A DNA stretch of 64,000 bases from Nemertoderma westbladi. Taxonomy: Eukaryota > Animalia > Xenacoelomorpha. The position numbers were made by a program, and so were the translations under genes. Shown piece after piece: positions 11,501 through 25,880 of the stretch. Position 1 is the first letter of the stretch; every line of letters starts with the position of its first letter. The notes below the pieces were generated by a model. That model did not search any database and was not told where the DNA came from. It was given only the letters and a program-made list of their open reading frames with translations. The stretch lies in contig JAUCBJ010008678.1 in NCBI GenBank assembly GCA_032718475.1, positions 1 through 64,000 of the forward strand, read 5' to 3'.

Positions 11501-14500
11501 TCTCGGTCAGCTGACCCGTCATTAGAACTACTTCTACCTAATGTAGATTGCTTCTCGGTCAGCTGACCCGTCATTAGGACTACTTCTACCTAATGTAGAT
11601 TGCTTCTCGGTCAGCTGACCCGTCATTAGGACTACTTCCACCTAAGGTAGATTCCTTCTCGGTCAGCTGACCCGTCATTAGGACTACTTCTACCTAAGGT
11701 AGATTCCTTCTCGGTCAGCTGACCCGTCATTAGGACTACTTCTACCTAAGGAAGATTGCTTCTCGGTCAGCTGACCCGTCATTAGGACTACTTCTACCTA
11801 AGGTAGATTCCTTCTCGGTCAGCTGACCCGTCATTAGGACTACTTCTACCTAAGGAAGATTGCTTCTCGGTCAGCTGACCCGTCATTAGGACTACTTCTA
11901 CCTAAGGTAGATTCCTTCTCGGTTAGCTGACCCGTCATTAGGACTACTTCTACCTAAGGTAGATTCCTTCTCGGTCAGCTGACCCGTCATTAGGACTACT
12001 TCTACCTAATGTAGATTCCTTCTCGGTCAGCTGACCCGTCATTAGGACTACTTCCACCTAAGGTAGATTCCTTCTCGGTCAGCTGACCCGTCATTAGGAC
12101 TACTTCTACCTAATGTAGATTCCTTCTCGGTCAGCTGACCCGTCATTAGGACTACTTCTACCTAAGGTAGATTCCTTCTCGGTCAGCTGACCCGTCATTA
12201 GGACTACTTCTACCTAATGTAGATTCCTTCTCGGTCAGCTGACCCGTCATTAGGACTACTTCTACCTAATGTAGATTGCTTCTCGGTCAGCTGACCCGTC
12301 ATTAGGACTACTTCTACCTAATGTAGATTCCTTCTCGGTCAGCTGACCCGTCATTAGGACTACTTCTACCTAAGGAAGATTGCTTCTCGGTCAGCTGACC
12401 CGTCATTAGGACTACTTCTACCTAAGGTAGATTCCTTCTCGGTCAGCTGACCCGTCATTAGGACTACTTCTACCTAAGGAAGATTGCTTCTCGGTCAGCT
12501 GACCCGTCATTAGGACTACTTCTACCTAAGGTAGATTCCTTCTCGGTCAGCTGACCCGTCATTAGGACTACTTCTACCTAAGGAAGATTGCTTATCGGTC
12601 AGCTGACCCGTCATTAGGAATACTTCTACCTAAGGTAGATTCCTTCTCGGTCAGCTGACCCGTCATTAGGACTACTTCTACCTAAGGAAGATTGCTTCTC
12701 GGACAGCTGACCCGTCATTAGGACTACTTCTACCTAAGGTAGATTCCTTCTCGGTCAGCTGACCCGTCATTAGGAATACTTCTACCTAAGGTAGATTGCT
12801 TCTCGGTCAGCTGACCCGTCATTAGGACTACTTCTACCTAAGGTAGATTGCTTCTCGGTCAGCTGACCCGTCATTAGGACTACTTCTACCTAAGGTAGAT
12901 TCCTTCTCGGTCAGCTGACCCGTCATTAGGACTACTTCTACCTAAGTTGATTGCTTCTCGGTCAGCTGAACCGTCATTAGGACTACTTCTACCTAAGGTA
13001 GATTCCTTCTCGGTCAGCTGATCCGTCATTAGGACTACTTCTACCTAATGTAGATTCCTTCTCGGTCAGCTGACCCGTCATTAGGACTACTTCTACCTAA
13101 GGAAGATTGCTTCTCGGTCAGCTGACCCGTCATTAGGACTACTTCTACCTAAGGTAGATTCCTTCTCGGTCAGCTGACCCGTCATTAGGACTACTTCTAC
13201 CTAAGGAAGATTCCTTCTCGGTCAGCTGACCCGTCATTAGGACTACTTCTACCTAATGTAGATTCCTTCTCGGTCAGCTGACCCATCATTAGGACTACTT
13301 CTACCTAATGTAGATTGCTTCTCGGTCAGCTGACCCGTCATTAGGACTACTTCTACCTAAGGTAGATTCCTTCTCGGTCAGCTGACCCGTCATTAGGACT
13401 ACTTCTACCTAAGGAAGATTCCTTCTCGGTCAGCTGACCCGTCATTAGGACTACTTCTACCTAAGGAAGATTGCTTCTCGGTCAGCTGACCCGTCATTAG
13501 GACTACTTCTACCTAAGGTAGATTCCTTCTCGGTCAGCTGACCCGTCATTAGGACTACTTCTACCTAATGTAGATTCCTTCTCGGTCAGCTGACCCATCA
13601 TTAGGACTACTTCTACCTAATGTAGATTGCTTCTCGGTCAGCTGACCCGTCATTAGGACTACTTCTACCTAATGTAGATTCCTTCTCGGTCAGCTGACCC
13701 ATCATTAGGACTACTTCTACCTAAGGTAGATTCCTTCTCGGTCAGCTGACCCGTCATTAGGACTACTTCTACCTAATGTAGATTCCTTCTCGGTCAGCTG
13801 ACCCATCATTAGGACTACTTCTACCTAATGTAGATTGCTTCTCGGTCAGCTGACCCGTCATTAGGACTACTTCTACCTAAGGTAGATTCCTTCTCGGTCA
13901 GCTGACCCGTCATTAGGACTACTTCTACCTAATGTAGATTCCTTCTCGGTCAGCTGACCCATCATTAGGACTACTTCTACCTAAGGTAGATTGCTTCTCA
14001 GTCAGCTGACCCGTCATTAGGACTACTTCTACCTAATGTAGATTCCTTCTCGGTCAGCTGACCCGTCATTAGGACTACTTCTACCTAATGTAGATTGCTT
14101 CTCGGTCAGCTGACCCGTCATTAGGACTACTTCTACCTAAGGTAGATTCCTTCTCGGTCAGCTGACCCGTCATTAGGACTACTTCTACCTAAGGAAGATT
14201 CCTTCTCGGTCAGCTGACCCGTCATTAGGACTACTTCTACCTAAGGAAGATTGCTTCTCGGTCAGCTGACCCGTCATTAGGACTACTTCTACCTAAGGTA
14301 GATTCCTTCTCGGTCAGCTGACCCGTCATTAGGACTACTTCTACCTAAGGAAGATTGCTTCTCGGTCAGCTGACCCGTCATTAGGACTACTTCTACCTAA
14401 GGTAGATTCCTTCTCGGTCAGCTGACCCGTCATTAGGACTACTTCTACCTAAGGAAGATTCCTTCTCGGTCAGCTGACCCGTCATTAGGACTACTTCTAC

Positions 14501-17500
14501 CTAAGGAAGATTGCTTCTCGGTCAGCTGACCCGTCATTAGGACTACTTCTACCTAAGGTAGATTCCTTCTCGGTCAGCTGACCCGTCATTAGGACTACTT
14601 CTACCTAAGGTAGATTCCTTCTCGGTCAGCTGACCCGTCATTAGGACTACTTCTACCTAAGGAAGATTGCTTCTCGGTCAGCTGACCCGTCATTAGGACT
14701 ACTTCTACCTAATGTAGATTCCTTCTCGCTCAGCTGACCCGTCATTAGGACTACTTCTACCTAAGGAAGATTGCTTCTCGGACAGCTGACCCGTCATTAG
14801 GACTACTTCTACCTAAGGTAGATTCCTTCTCGGTCAGCTGACCCGTCATTAGGACTACTTCTACCTAATGTAGATTCCTTCTCGGTCAGCTGACCCGTCA
14901 TTAGGACTACTTCTACCTAAGGAAGATTGCTTCTCGGTCAGCTGACCCGTCATTAGGACTACTTCTACCTAAGGTAGATTCCTTCTCGGTCAGCTGACCC
15001 GTCATTAGGACTACTTCTACCTAAGGAAGATTCCTTCTCGGTCAGCTGACCCGTCATTAGGACTACTTCTACCTAATGTAGATTCCTTCTCGGTCAGCTG
15101 ACCCGTCATTAGGACTACTTCTACCTAAGGAAGATTGCTTCTCGGTCAGCTGACCCGTCATTAGGACTACTTCTACCTAATGTAGATTCCTTCTCGGTCA
15201 GCTGACCCATCATTAGGACTACTTCTACCTAAGGTAGATTCCTTCTCGGTCAGCTGACCCGTCATTAGGACTACTTCTACCTAAGGAAGATTGCTTCTCG
15301 GTCAGCTGACCCGTCATTAGGACTACTTCTACCTAAGGTGGATTCCTTCTCGGTCAGCTGACCCGTCATTAGGACTACTTCTACCTAATGTAGATTCCTT
15401 CTCGGTCAGCTGACCCATCATTAGGACTACTTCTACCTAAGGTAGATTCCTTCTCGGTCAGCTGACCCGTCATTAGGACTACTTCTACCTAAGGTAGATT
15501 CCTTCTCGATCAGCTGACCCGTCATTAGGACTACTTCTACCTAAGGTAGATTCCTTCTCGGTCAGCTGACCCGTCATTAGGACTACTTCTACCTAATGTA
15601 GATTGCTTCTCGGTCAGCTGACCCGTCATTAGGACTACTTCTACCTAAGGTAGATTCCTTCTCGGTCAGCTGATCCGTCATTAGGACTACTTCTACCGAA
15701 GGTAGATTGCTTGTCGGTCAGCTGACCCGTCATTAGGACTACTTCTACCTAAGGTAGATTCCTTCTCGGTCAGCTGACCAGTCATTAGGACTACTTCTAC
15801 CTAAGGTAGATTGCTTCTCAGTCAGCTGACCCGTCATTAGGACTACTTCTACCTAAGGTAGATTCCTTCTCGGTCAGCTGACCAGTCATTAGGACTACTT
15901 CTACCTAAGGTAGATTGCTTCTCAGTCAGCTGACCCGTCATTAGGACTACTTCTACCTAATGTAGATTCCTTCTCGGTCAGCTGACCCGTCATTAGGACT
16001 ACTTCTACCTAATGTAGATTGCTTCTCGGTCAGCTGACCCGTCATTAGGACTACTTCTACCTAATGTAGATTGCTTCTCGGTCAGCTGACCCGTCATTAG
16101 GACTACTTCTACCTAAGGTAGATTCCTTCTCGGTCAGCTGATCCGTCATTAGGACTACTTCTACCGAAGGTAGATTGCTTGTCGGTCAGCTGAACCGTCA
16201 TTAGGACTACTTCTACCTAATGTAGATTCCTTCTCGGTCAGCTGACCCGTCATTAGGACTACTTCTACCTAAGGTAGATTCCTTCTCGGTCAGCTGACCC
16301 GTCATTAGGACTACTTCTACCTAAGGTAGATTCCTTCTCGGTCAGCTGACCCGTCATTAGGACTACTTCTACCTAAGGTAGATTGCTTCTCGGTCAGCTG
16401 ACCCGTCATTAGGACTACTTCTACCTAAGGTAGATTGCTTCTCGGTCAGCTGACCCGTCATTAGGACTACTTCTACCTAAGGTAGATTGCTTCTCGGTCA
16501 GCTGACCCGTCATTAGGACTACTTCTACCTAAGGAAGATTCCTTCTCGGTCAGCTGACCCGTCATTAGGACTACTTCTACCTAAGGTAGATTGCTTCTCG
16601 GTCAGCTGACCCGTCATTAGGACTACTTCTACCTAAGGAAGATTCCTTCTCGGTCAGCTGACCCGTCATTAGGACTACTTCTACCTAAGGAAGATTCCTT
16701 CTCGGTCAGCTGATCCGTCATTAGGACTACTTCTACCTAAGGTAGATTCCTTCTCGGTCAGCTGACCCGTCATTAGGACTACTTCTACCTAAGGTAGATT
16801 CCTTCTCGGTCAGCTGACCCGTCATTAGGACTACTTCTACCTAAGGAAGATTCCTTCTCGGTCAGCTGATCCGTCATTAGGACTACTTCTACCTAATGTA
16901 GATTGCTTCTCGGTCAGCTGACCAGTCATTAGGACACTTCTACCTAAGGTAGATTGCTTCTCGGACAGCTGACCCGTCATTAGGACTACTTCTACCTAAG
17001 GTAGATTGCTTCTCGGTCAGCTGACCCGTCATTAGGACTACTTCTACCTAAGGTAGATTCCTTCTCGGTCAGCTGACCCGTCATTAGGACTACTTCTACC
17101 TAATGTAGATTGCTTCTCGGTCAGCTGACCAGTCATTAGGACACTTCTACCTAAGGTAGATTGCTTCTCGGTCAGCTGACCCGTCATTAGGACTACTTCT
17201 ACCTAAGGTAGATTCCTTCTCGGTCAGCTGACCCGTCATTAGGACTACTTCTACCTAAGGTAGATTCCTTCTCGGTCAGCTGACCCATCATTAGGACTAC
17301 TTCTACCTAATGTAGATTGCTTTTCGGTCAGCTGACCCGTCATTAGGACTACTTCTACCTAATGTAGATTCCTTCTCGGTCAGCTGACCCGTCATTAGGA
17401 CTACTTCTACCTAAGGTAAATTCCTTCTCGGTCAGCTGACCCGTCATTAGGACTACTTCTACCTAATGTAGATTCCTTCTCGGTCAGCTGACCCGTCATT

Positions 17501-19249
17501 AGGACTACTTCTACCTAATGTAGATTCCTTCTCGGTCAGCTGACCCGTCATTAGGACTACTTCTACCTAAGGTAGATTCCTTCTCGGTCAGCTGACCCGT
17601 CATTAGGACTACTTCTACCTAAGGTAGATTCCTTCTCGGTCAGCTGACCCGTCATTAGGACTACTTCTACCTAAGGTAGATTCCTTCTCGGTCAGCTGAC
17701 CCGTCATTAGGAGTACTTCTACCTAATGTAGATTCCTTCTCGGTCAGCTGACCCGTCATTAGGACTACTTCTACCTAATGTAGATTCCTTCTCGGTCAGC
17801 TGACCCGTCATTAGGACTACTTCTACCTAAGGTAGATTCCTTCTCGGTCAGCTGACCCGTCATTAGGAGTACTTCTACCTAATGTAGATTCCTTCTCGGG
17901 CAGCTGACCCGTCATTAGGACTACTTCTACCTAAGGTAAATTCCTTCTCGGTCAGCTGACCCGTCATTAGGACTACTTCTACCTAATGTAGATTCCTTCT
18001 CGGTCAGCTGACCCGTCATTAGGACTACTTCTACCTAATGTAGATTCCTTCTCGGTCAGCTGACCCGTCATTAGGACTACTTCTACCTAAGGTAAATTCC
18101 TTCTCGGTCAGCTGACCCGTCATTAGGACTACTTCTACCTAATGTAGATTCCTTCTCGGTCAGCTGACCCGTCATTAGGACTACTTCTACCTAATGTAGA
18201 TTCCTTCTCGGTCAGCTGACCCGTCATTAGGACTACTTCTACCTAAGGTAGATTCCTTCTCGGTCAGCTGACCCGTCATTAGGACTACTTCTACCTAAGG
18301 TAGATTCCTTCTCGGTCAGCTGACCCGTCATTAGGACTACTTCTACCTAAGGTAGATTCCTTCTCGGTCAGCTGACCCGTCATTAGGAGTACTTCTACCT
18401 AATGTAGATTCCTTCTCGGTCAGCTGACCCGTCATTAGGACTACTTCTACCTAAGTTAGATTCCTTCTCGGTCAGCTGACCCGTCATTAGGACTACTTCT
18501 ACCTAAGGTAGATTCCTTCTCGGACAGCTGACCCGTCATTAGGACTACTTCTACCTAATGTAGATTGCTTCTCGGTCAGCTGACCCGTCATTAGGACTAC
18601 TTCTACCTAAGGTAGATTGCTTCTCGGTCAGCTGACCCGTCATTAGGACTACTTCTACCTAATGTAGATTGCTTCTCGGACAGCTGACCCGTCATTAGGA
18701 CTACTTCTACCTAATGTAGATTCCTTCTCGGTCAGCTGACCCGTCATTAGGACTACTTCTACCTAAGGTAGATTGCTTCTCGGTCAGCTGACCCGTCATT
18801 AGGACTACTTCTACCTAAGGTAGATTCCTTCTCGGGCAGCTGACCCGTCATTAGGACTACTTCTACCTAATGTAGATTGCTTCTCGGACAGCTGACCCGT
18901 CATTAGGACTACTTCTACCTAAGGTAGATTCCTTCTCGGTCAGCTGACCCGTCATTAGGACTACTTCTACCTAAGGTAGATTGCTTCTCGGTCAGCTGAC
19001 CCGTCATTAGGACTACTTCTACCTAAGGTAGATTCCTTCTCGGGCAGCTGACCCGTCATTAGGACTACTTCTACCTAAGGTAGATTCCTTCTCGGTCAGA
19101 TGACCCGTCATTAGGACTACTTCTACCTAAGGTAGATTGCTTCTCGGTCAGCTGACCCGTCATTAGGACTACTTCTACCTAATGTAGATTGCTTCTCGGT
19201 CAGCTGACCCGTCATTAGGACTACTTCTACCTAAGGTAGATTGCTTCTC

Positions 19250-22200
19250 GGTCAGCTGACCCGTCATTAGGACTACTTCTACCTAAGGTAGATTGCTTCT
19301 CGGTCAGCTGACCCGTCATTAGGACTACTTCTACCTAATGTAGATTGCTTCTCGGACAGCTGACCCGTCATTAGGACTACTTCTACCTAAGGTAGATTCC
19401 TTCTCGGTAAGCTGATCCGTCATTAGGACTACTTCTACCTAAGGTAGATTCCTTCTCGGTCAGCTGAACCGTCATTAGGACTACTTCTACCTAATGTAGA
19501 TTCCTTCTCGGTCAGCTGGCCCGTCATTAGGACTACTTCTACCTAAGGTAGATTCCTTCTCTGACAGCTGACCCGTCATTAGGACTACTTCTACCTAATG
19601 TAGATTCCTTCTCGGTCAGCTGACCCGTCATTAGGACACTTCTACCTAAGGTAGATTCCTTCTCTGACAGCTGACCCGTCATTAGGACACTTCTACCTAA
19701 GGTAGATTCCTTCTCGGGCAGCTGACCCGTCATTAGGACTACTTCTACCTAAGGTAGATTCCTTCTCGGTCAGCTGACCCGTCATTAGGACTACTTCTAC
19801 CTAAGGTAGATTGCTTCTCGGACAGCTGACCCGTCATTAGGACTACTTCTACCTAAGGTAGATTCCTTCTCGGTCAGCTGACCCGTCATTAGGACTACTT
19901 CTACCTAAGGTAGATTGCTTCTCGGTCAGCTGACCCGTCATTAGGACTACTTCTACCTAAGGTAGATTGCTTCTCGGACAGCTGACCCGTCATTAGGACT
20001 ACTTCTACCTAAGGTAGATTCCTTCTCGGTCAGCTGACCCGTCATTAGGACTACTTCTACCTAAGGTAGATTGCTTCTCGGTCAGCTGACCCGTCATTAG
20101 GACTACTTCTACCTAAGGTAGATTGCTTCTCGGTCAGCTGACCCGTCATTAGGACTACTTCTACCTAAGGTAGATTCCTTCTCGGTCAGCTGACCCGTCA
20201 TTAGGACTACTTCTACCTAATGTAGATTCCTTCTCGGTCAGCTGACCCGTCATTAGGACTACTTCTACCTAATGTAGATTCCTTCTCGGTCAGCTGACCC
20301 GTCATTAGGACTACTTCTACCTAATGTAGATTGCTTCTCGGTCAGCTGACCCGTCATTAGGACTACTTCTACCTAATGTAGATTCCTTCTCGGTCAGCTG
20401 ACCCGTCATTAGGACTACTTCTACCTAATGTAGATTCCTTCTCGGTCAGCTGACCCGTCATTAGGACTACTTCTACCTAATGTAGATTCCTTCTCGGTCA
20501 GCTGACCCGTCATTAGGACTACTTCTACCTAATGTAGATTGCTTCTCGGTCAGCTGACCCGTCATTAGGACTACTTCTACCTAAGGTAGATTCCTTCTCG
20601 GTCAGCTGACCCGTCATTAGGACTACTTCTACCTAAGGAAGATTCCTTCTCGGTCAGCTGATCCGTCATTAGGACTACTTCTACCTAATGTAGATTGCTT
20701 CTCGGTCAGCTGACCAGTCATTAGGACACTTCTACCTAAGGTAGATTGCTTCTCGGACAGCTGACCCGTCATTAGGACTACTTCTACCTAAGGTAGATTG
20801 CTTCTCGGTCAGCTGACCCGTCATTAGGACTACTTCTACCTAATGTAGATTGCTTCTCGGACAGCTGACCCGTCATTAGGACTACTTCTACCTAAGGTAG
20901 ATTCCTTCTCGGTAAGCTGATCCGTCATTAGGACTACTTCTACCTAAGGTAGATTCCTTCTCGGTCAGCTGAACCGTCATTAGGACTACTTCTACCTAAT
21001 GTAGATTCCTTCTCGGTCAGCTGGCCCGTCATTAGGAATACTTCTACCTAAGGTAGATTCCTTCTCTGACAGCTGACCCGTCATTAGGACTACTTCTACC
21101 TAATGTAGATTCCTTCTCGGTCAGCTGACCCGTCATTAGGACACTTCTACCTAAGGTAGATTCCTTCTCTGACAGCTGACCCGTCATTAGGACACTTCTA
21201 CCTAAGGTAGATTCCTTCTCGGGCAGCTGACCCGTCATTAGGACTACTTCTACCTAAGGTAGATTCCTTCTCGGTCAGCTGACCCGTCATTAGGACTACT
21301 TCTACCTAAGGTAGATTGCTTCTCGGACAGCTGACCCGTCATTAGGACTACTTCTACCTAAGGTAGATTCCTTCTCGGTCAGCTGACCCGTCATTAGGAC
21401 TACTTCTACCTAAGGTAGATTGCTTCTCGGTCAGCTGACCCGTCATTAGGACTACTTCTACCTAAGGTAGATTGCTTCTCGGTCAGCTGACCCGTCATTA
21501 GGACTACTTCTACCTAAGGTAGATTCCTTCTCGGTCAGCTGACCCGTCATTAGGACTACTTCTACCTAATGTAGATTCCTTCTCGGTCAGCTGACCCGTC
21601 ATTAGGACTACTTCTACCTAAGGTAGATTGCTTCTCGGTCAGCTGACCCGTCATTAGGACTACTTCTACCTAAGGTAGATTCCTTCTCGGTCAGCTGACC
21701 CGTCATTAGGACTACTTCTACCTAAGATAGATTGCTTCTCGGTCAGCTGACCCGTCATTAGGACTACTTCTACCTAATGTAGATTCCTTCTCGGACAGCT
21801 GACCCGTCATTAGGACTACTTCTACCTAAGGTAGATTGCTTCTCGGTCAGCTGACCCGTCATTAGGACTACTTCTACCTAAGGTAGATTGCTTCTCGGAC
21901 AGCTGACCCGTCATTAGGACTACTTCTACCTAATGTAGATTCCTTCTCGGTCAGCTGACCCGTCATTAGGACTACTTCTACCTAAGGTAGATTCCTTCTC
22001 GGTCAGCTGACCCGTCATTAGGACTACTTCTACCTAAGGTAGATTGCTTCTCGGTCAGCTGACCCGTCATTAGGACTACTTCTACCTAAGGTAGATTCCT
22101 TCTCGGGCAGCTGACCCGTCATTAGGACTACTTCTACCTAAGGTAGATTCCTTCTCGGTCAGCTGAACCGTCATTAGGACTACTTCTACCTAAGGTAGAT

Positions 22201-25200
22201 TGCTTTTCGGTAAGCTGACCCGTCATTAGGACTACTTCTACCTAAGGTAGATTCCTTCTCGGTCAGCTGACCCGTCATTAGGACTACTTCTACCTAAGGT
22301 AGATTCCTTCTCGGTCAGCTGACCCGTCATTAGGACTACTTCTACCTAATGTAGATTCCTTCTCGGTCAGCTGACCCGTCATTAAGACTACTTCTACCTA
22401 AGGTAGATTCCTTCTCGGGCAGCTGACCAGTCATTAGGACTACTTCTACCTAAGGTAGATTCCTTCTCGGTCAGCTGACCCGTCATTAGGACTACTTCTA
22501 CCTAAGGTAGATTCCTTCTCGGTAAGCTGACCCGTCATTAGGACTACTTCTACCTAAGGTAGATTCCTTCTCGGTCAGCTGACCCGTCATTAGGACTACT
22601 TCTACCTAAGGTAGATTCCTTCTCGGTCAGCTGACCCGTCATTACGACTACTTCTACCTAATGTAGATTCCTTCTCGGTCAGCTGACCCGTCATTAAGAC
22701 TACTTCTACCTAATGTAGATTCCTTCTCGGTCAGCTGACCCGTCATTAAGACTACTTCTACCTAAGGTAGATTCCTTCTCGGTCAGCTGACCCGTCATTA
22801 GGACTACTTCTACCTAAGGTAGATTCCTTCTCGGTCAGCTGACCCGTCATTAGGACTTCTTCTACCTAATGTAGATTGCTTCTCGGTCAGCTGACCCGTC
22901 ATTAGGACACTTCTACCTAAGGTAGATTCCTTCTCGGTCAGCTGACCCGTCATTAGGACTACTTCTACCTAATGTAGATTGATTCTCGGTCAGCTGACCC
23001 GTCATTAGGACTACTTCTACCTAATGTAGATTCCTTCTCGGTCAGCTGACCCGTCATTAGGACTACTTCTACCTAATGTAGATTCCTTCTCGGTCAGCTG
23101 ACCCGTCATTAGGACTACTTCTACCTAAGGTAGATTGCTTCTCGGTCAGCTGACCCGTCATTAGGACTACTTCTACCTAAGGTAGATTCCTTCTCGGTCA
23201 GCTGATCCGTCATTAGGACTACTTCTACCTAAGGTAGATTCCTTCTCGGTCAGCTGACCCGTCATTAGGACTACTTCTACCTAAGGTAGATTGCTTCTCG
23301 GTCAGCTGACCCGTCATTAGGACTACTTCTACCTAAGGTAGATTGCTTCTCGGTCAGCTGACCCGTCATTAGGACTACTTCTACCTAAGGTAGATTCCTT
23401 CTCGGTCAGCTGACCCGTCATTAGGACTACTTCTACCTAATGTAGATTCCTTCTCGGTCAGCTGACCCGTCATTAGGACTACTTCTACCTAATGTAGATT
23501 GCTTCTCGGTCAGCTGACCCGTCATTAGGAATACTTCTACCTAATGTAGATTCCTTCTCGGTCAGCTGACCCGTCATTAGGACTACTTCTACCTAATGTA
23601 GATTGCTTCTCGGTCAGCTGACCCGTCATTAGGACTACTTCTACCTAAGGTAGATTCCTTCTCGGTCAGCTGACCCGTCATTAGGACTACTTCTACCTAA
23701 GGTATAATCCTTCTAGGACAGCTGACCCGTCATTAGGACTACTTCTACCTAATGTAGATTCCTTCTCGGTCAGCTGACCCGTCATTAGGACTACTTCTAC
23801 CTAATGTAGATTCCTTCTCGGTCAGCTGACCCGTCATTAGGACTACTTCTACCTAAGGTAGATTGCTTCTCGGTCAGCTGACCCGTCATTAGGACTACTT
23901 CTACCTAAGGTAGATTGCTTCTCGGTCAGCTGACCCGTCATTAGGACTACTTCTACCTAATGTAGATTGCTTCTCGGACAGCTGACCCGTCATTAGGACT
24001 ACTTCTACCTAAGGTAGATTCCTTCTCGGTAAGCTGATCCGTCATTAGGACTACTTCTACCTAAGGTAGATTCCTTCTCGGTCAGCTGAACCGTCATTAG
24101 GACTACTTCTACCTAATGTAGATTCCTTCTCGGTCAGCTGGCCCGTCATTAGGAATACTTCTACCTAAGGTAGATTCCTTCTCTGACAGCTGACCCGTCA
24201 TTAGGACTACTTCTACCTAATGTAGATTCCTTCTCGGTCAGCTGACCCGTCATTAGGACACTTCTACCTAAGGTAGATTCCTTCTCTGACAGCTGACCCG
24301 TCATTAGGACACTTCTACCTAAGGTAGATTCCTTCTCGGGCAGCTGACCCGTCATTAGGACTACTTCTACCTAAGGTAGATTCCTTCTCGGTCAGCTGAC
24401 CCGTCATTAGGACTACTTCTACCTAAGGTAGATTGCTTCTCGGACAGCTGACCCGTCATTAGGACTACTTCTACCTAAGGTAGATTCCTTCTCGGTCAGC
24501 TGACCCGTCATTAGGACTACTTCTACCTAAGGTAGATTGCTTCTCGGTCAGCTGACCCGTCATTAGGACTACTTCTACCTAAGGTAGATTGCTTCTCGGT
24601 CAGCTGACCCGTCATTAGGACTACTTCTACCTAAGGTAGATTCCTTCTCGGTCAGCTGACCCGTCATTAGGACTACTTCTACCTAATGTAGATTCCTTCT
24701 CGGTCAGCTGACCCGTCATTAGGACTACTTCTACCTAAGGTAGATTGCTTCTCGGTCAGCTGACCCGTCATTAGGACTACTTCTACCTAAGGTAGATTCC
24801 TTCTCGGTCAGCTGACCCGTCATTAGGACTACTTCTACCTAAGATAGATTGCTTCTCGGTCAGCTGACCCGTCATTAGGACTACTTCTACCTAATGTAGA
24901 TTCCTTCTCGGACAGCTGACCCGTCATTAGGACTACTTCTACCTAAGGTAGATTGCTTCTCGGTCAGCTGACCCGTCATTAGGACTACTTCTACCTAAGG
25001 TAGATTGCTTCTCGGACAGCTGACCCGTCATTAGGACTACTTCTACCTAATGTAGATTCCTTCTCGGTCAGCTGACCCGTCATTAGGACTACTTCTACCT
25101 AAGGTAGATTCCTTCTCGGTCAGCTGACCCGTCATTAGGACTACTTCTACCTAAGGTAGATTGCTTCTCGGTCAGCTGACCCGTCATTAGGACTACTTCT

Positions 25201-25880
25201 ACCTAAGGTAGATTCCTTCTCGGGCAGCTGACCCGTCATTAGGACTACTTCTACCTAAGGTAGATTCCTTCTCGGTCAGCTGACCCGTCATTAGGACTAC
25301 TTCTACCTAAGGTAGATTCCTTCTCGGTCAGCTGACCCGTCATTAGGACTACTTCTACCTAATGTAGATTCCTTCTCGGTCAGCTGACCCGTCATTAAGA
25401 CTACTTCTACCTAAGGTAGATTCCTTCTCGGGCAGCTGACCAGTCATTAGGACTACTTCTACCTAATGTAGATTGCTTCTCGGTCAGCTGACCCGTCATT
25501 AGGACTTCTTCTACCTAATGTAGATTGCTTCTCGGTCAGCTGACCCGTCATTAGGACACTTCTACCTAAGGTAGATTCCTTCTCGGTCAGCTGACCCGTC
25601 ATTAGGACTACTTCTACCTAATGTAGATTGATTCTCGGTCAGCTGACCCGTCATTAGGACTACTTCTACCTAATGTAGATTCCTTCTCGGTCAGCTGACC
25701 CGTCATTAGGACTACTTCTACCTAATGTAGATTCCTTCTCGGTCAGCTGACCCGTCATTAGGACTACTTCTACCTAAGGTAGATTGCTTCTCGGTCAGCT
25801 GACCCGTCATTAGGACTACTTCTACCTAAGGTAGATTCCTTCTCGGTCAGCTGATCCGTCATTAGGACTACTTCTACCTA
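19250..25880. repeat. Triplicated cassette (near 19.4, 20.9 and 24.0 kb), with a longer duplication of about 20770-23220 and 23880-25860
   Basis: taagctgatcc at 19408/20913/24030 (offsets 1505 and 3117, matching the three identical ORF calls). aagatag 21724/24841 has offset 3117. ggacttctt has offset 2649, i.e. 9 monomers fewer in the last copy. Edges approximate. Confidence 0.9.

Noticed and set aside
19539-19733. 64-aa minus-strand ORF, with identical copies at 21044-21238 and 24161-24355, as a protein-coding gene
   Set aside because: It is a translation of under four satellite monomers, open only because two adjacent units lack one base. The copies come from block duplication and there is no recognisable domain.
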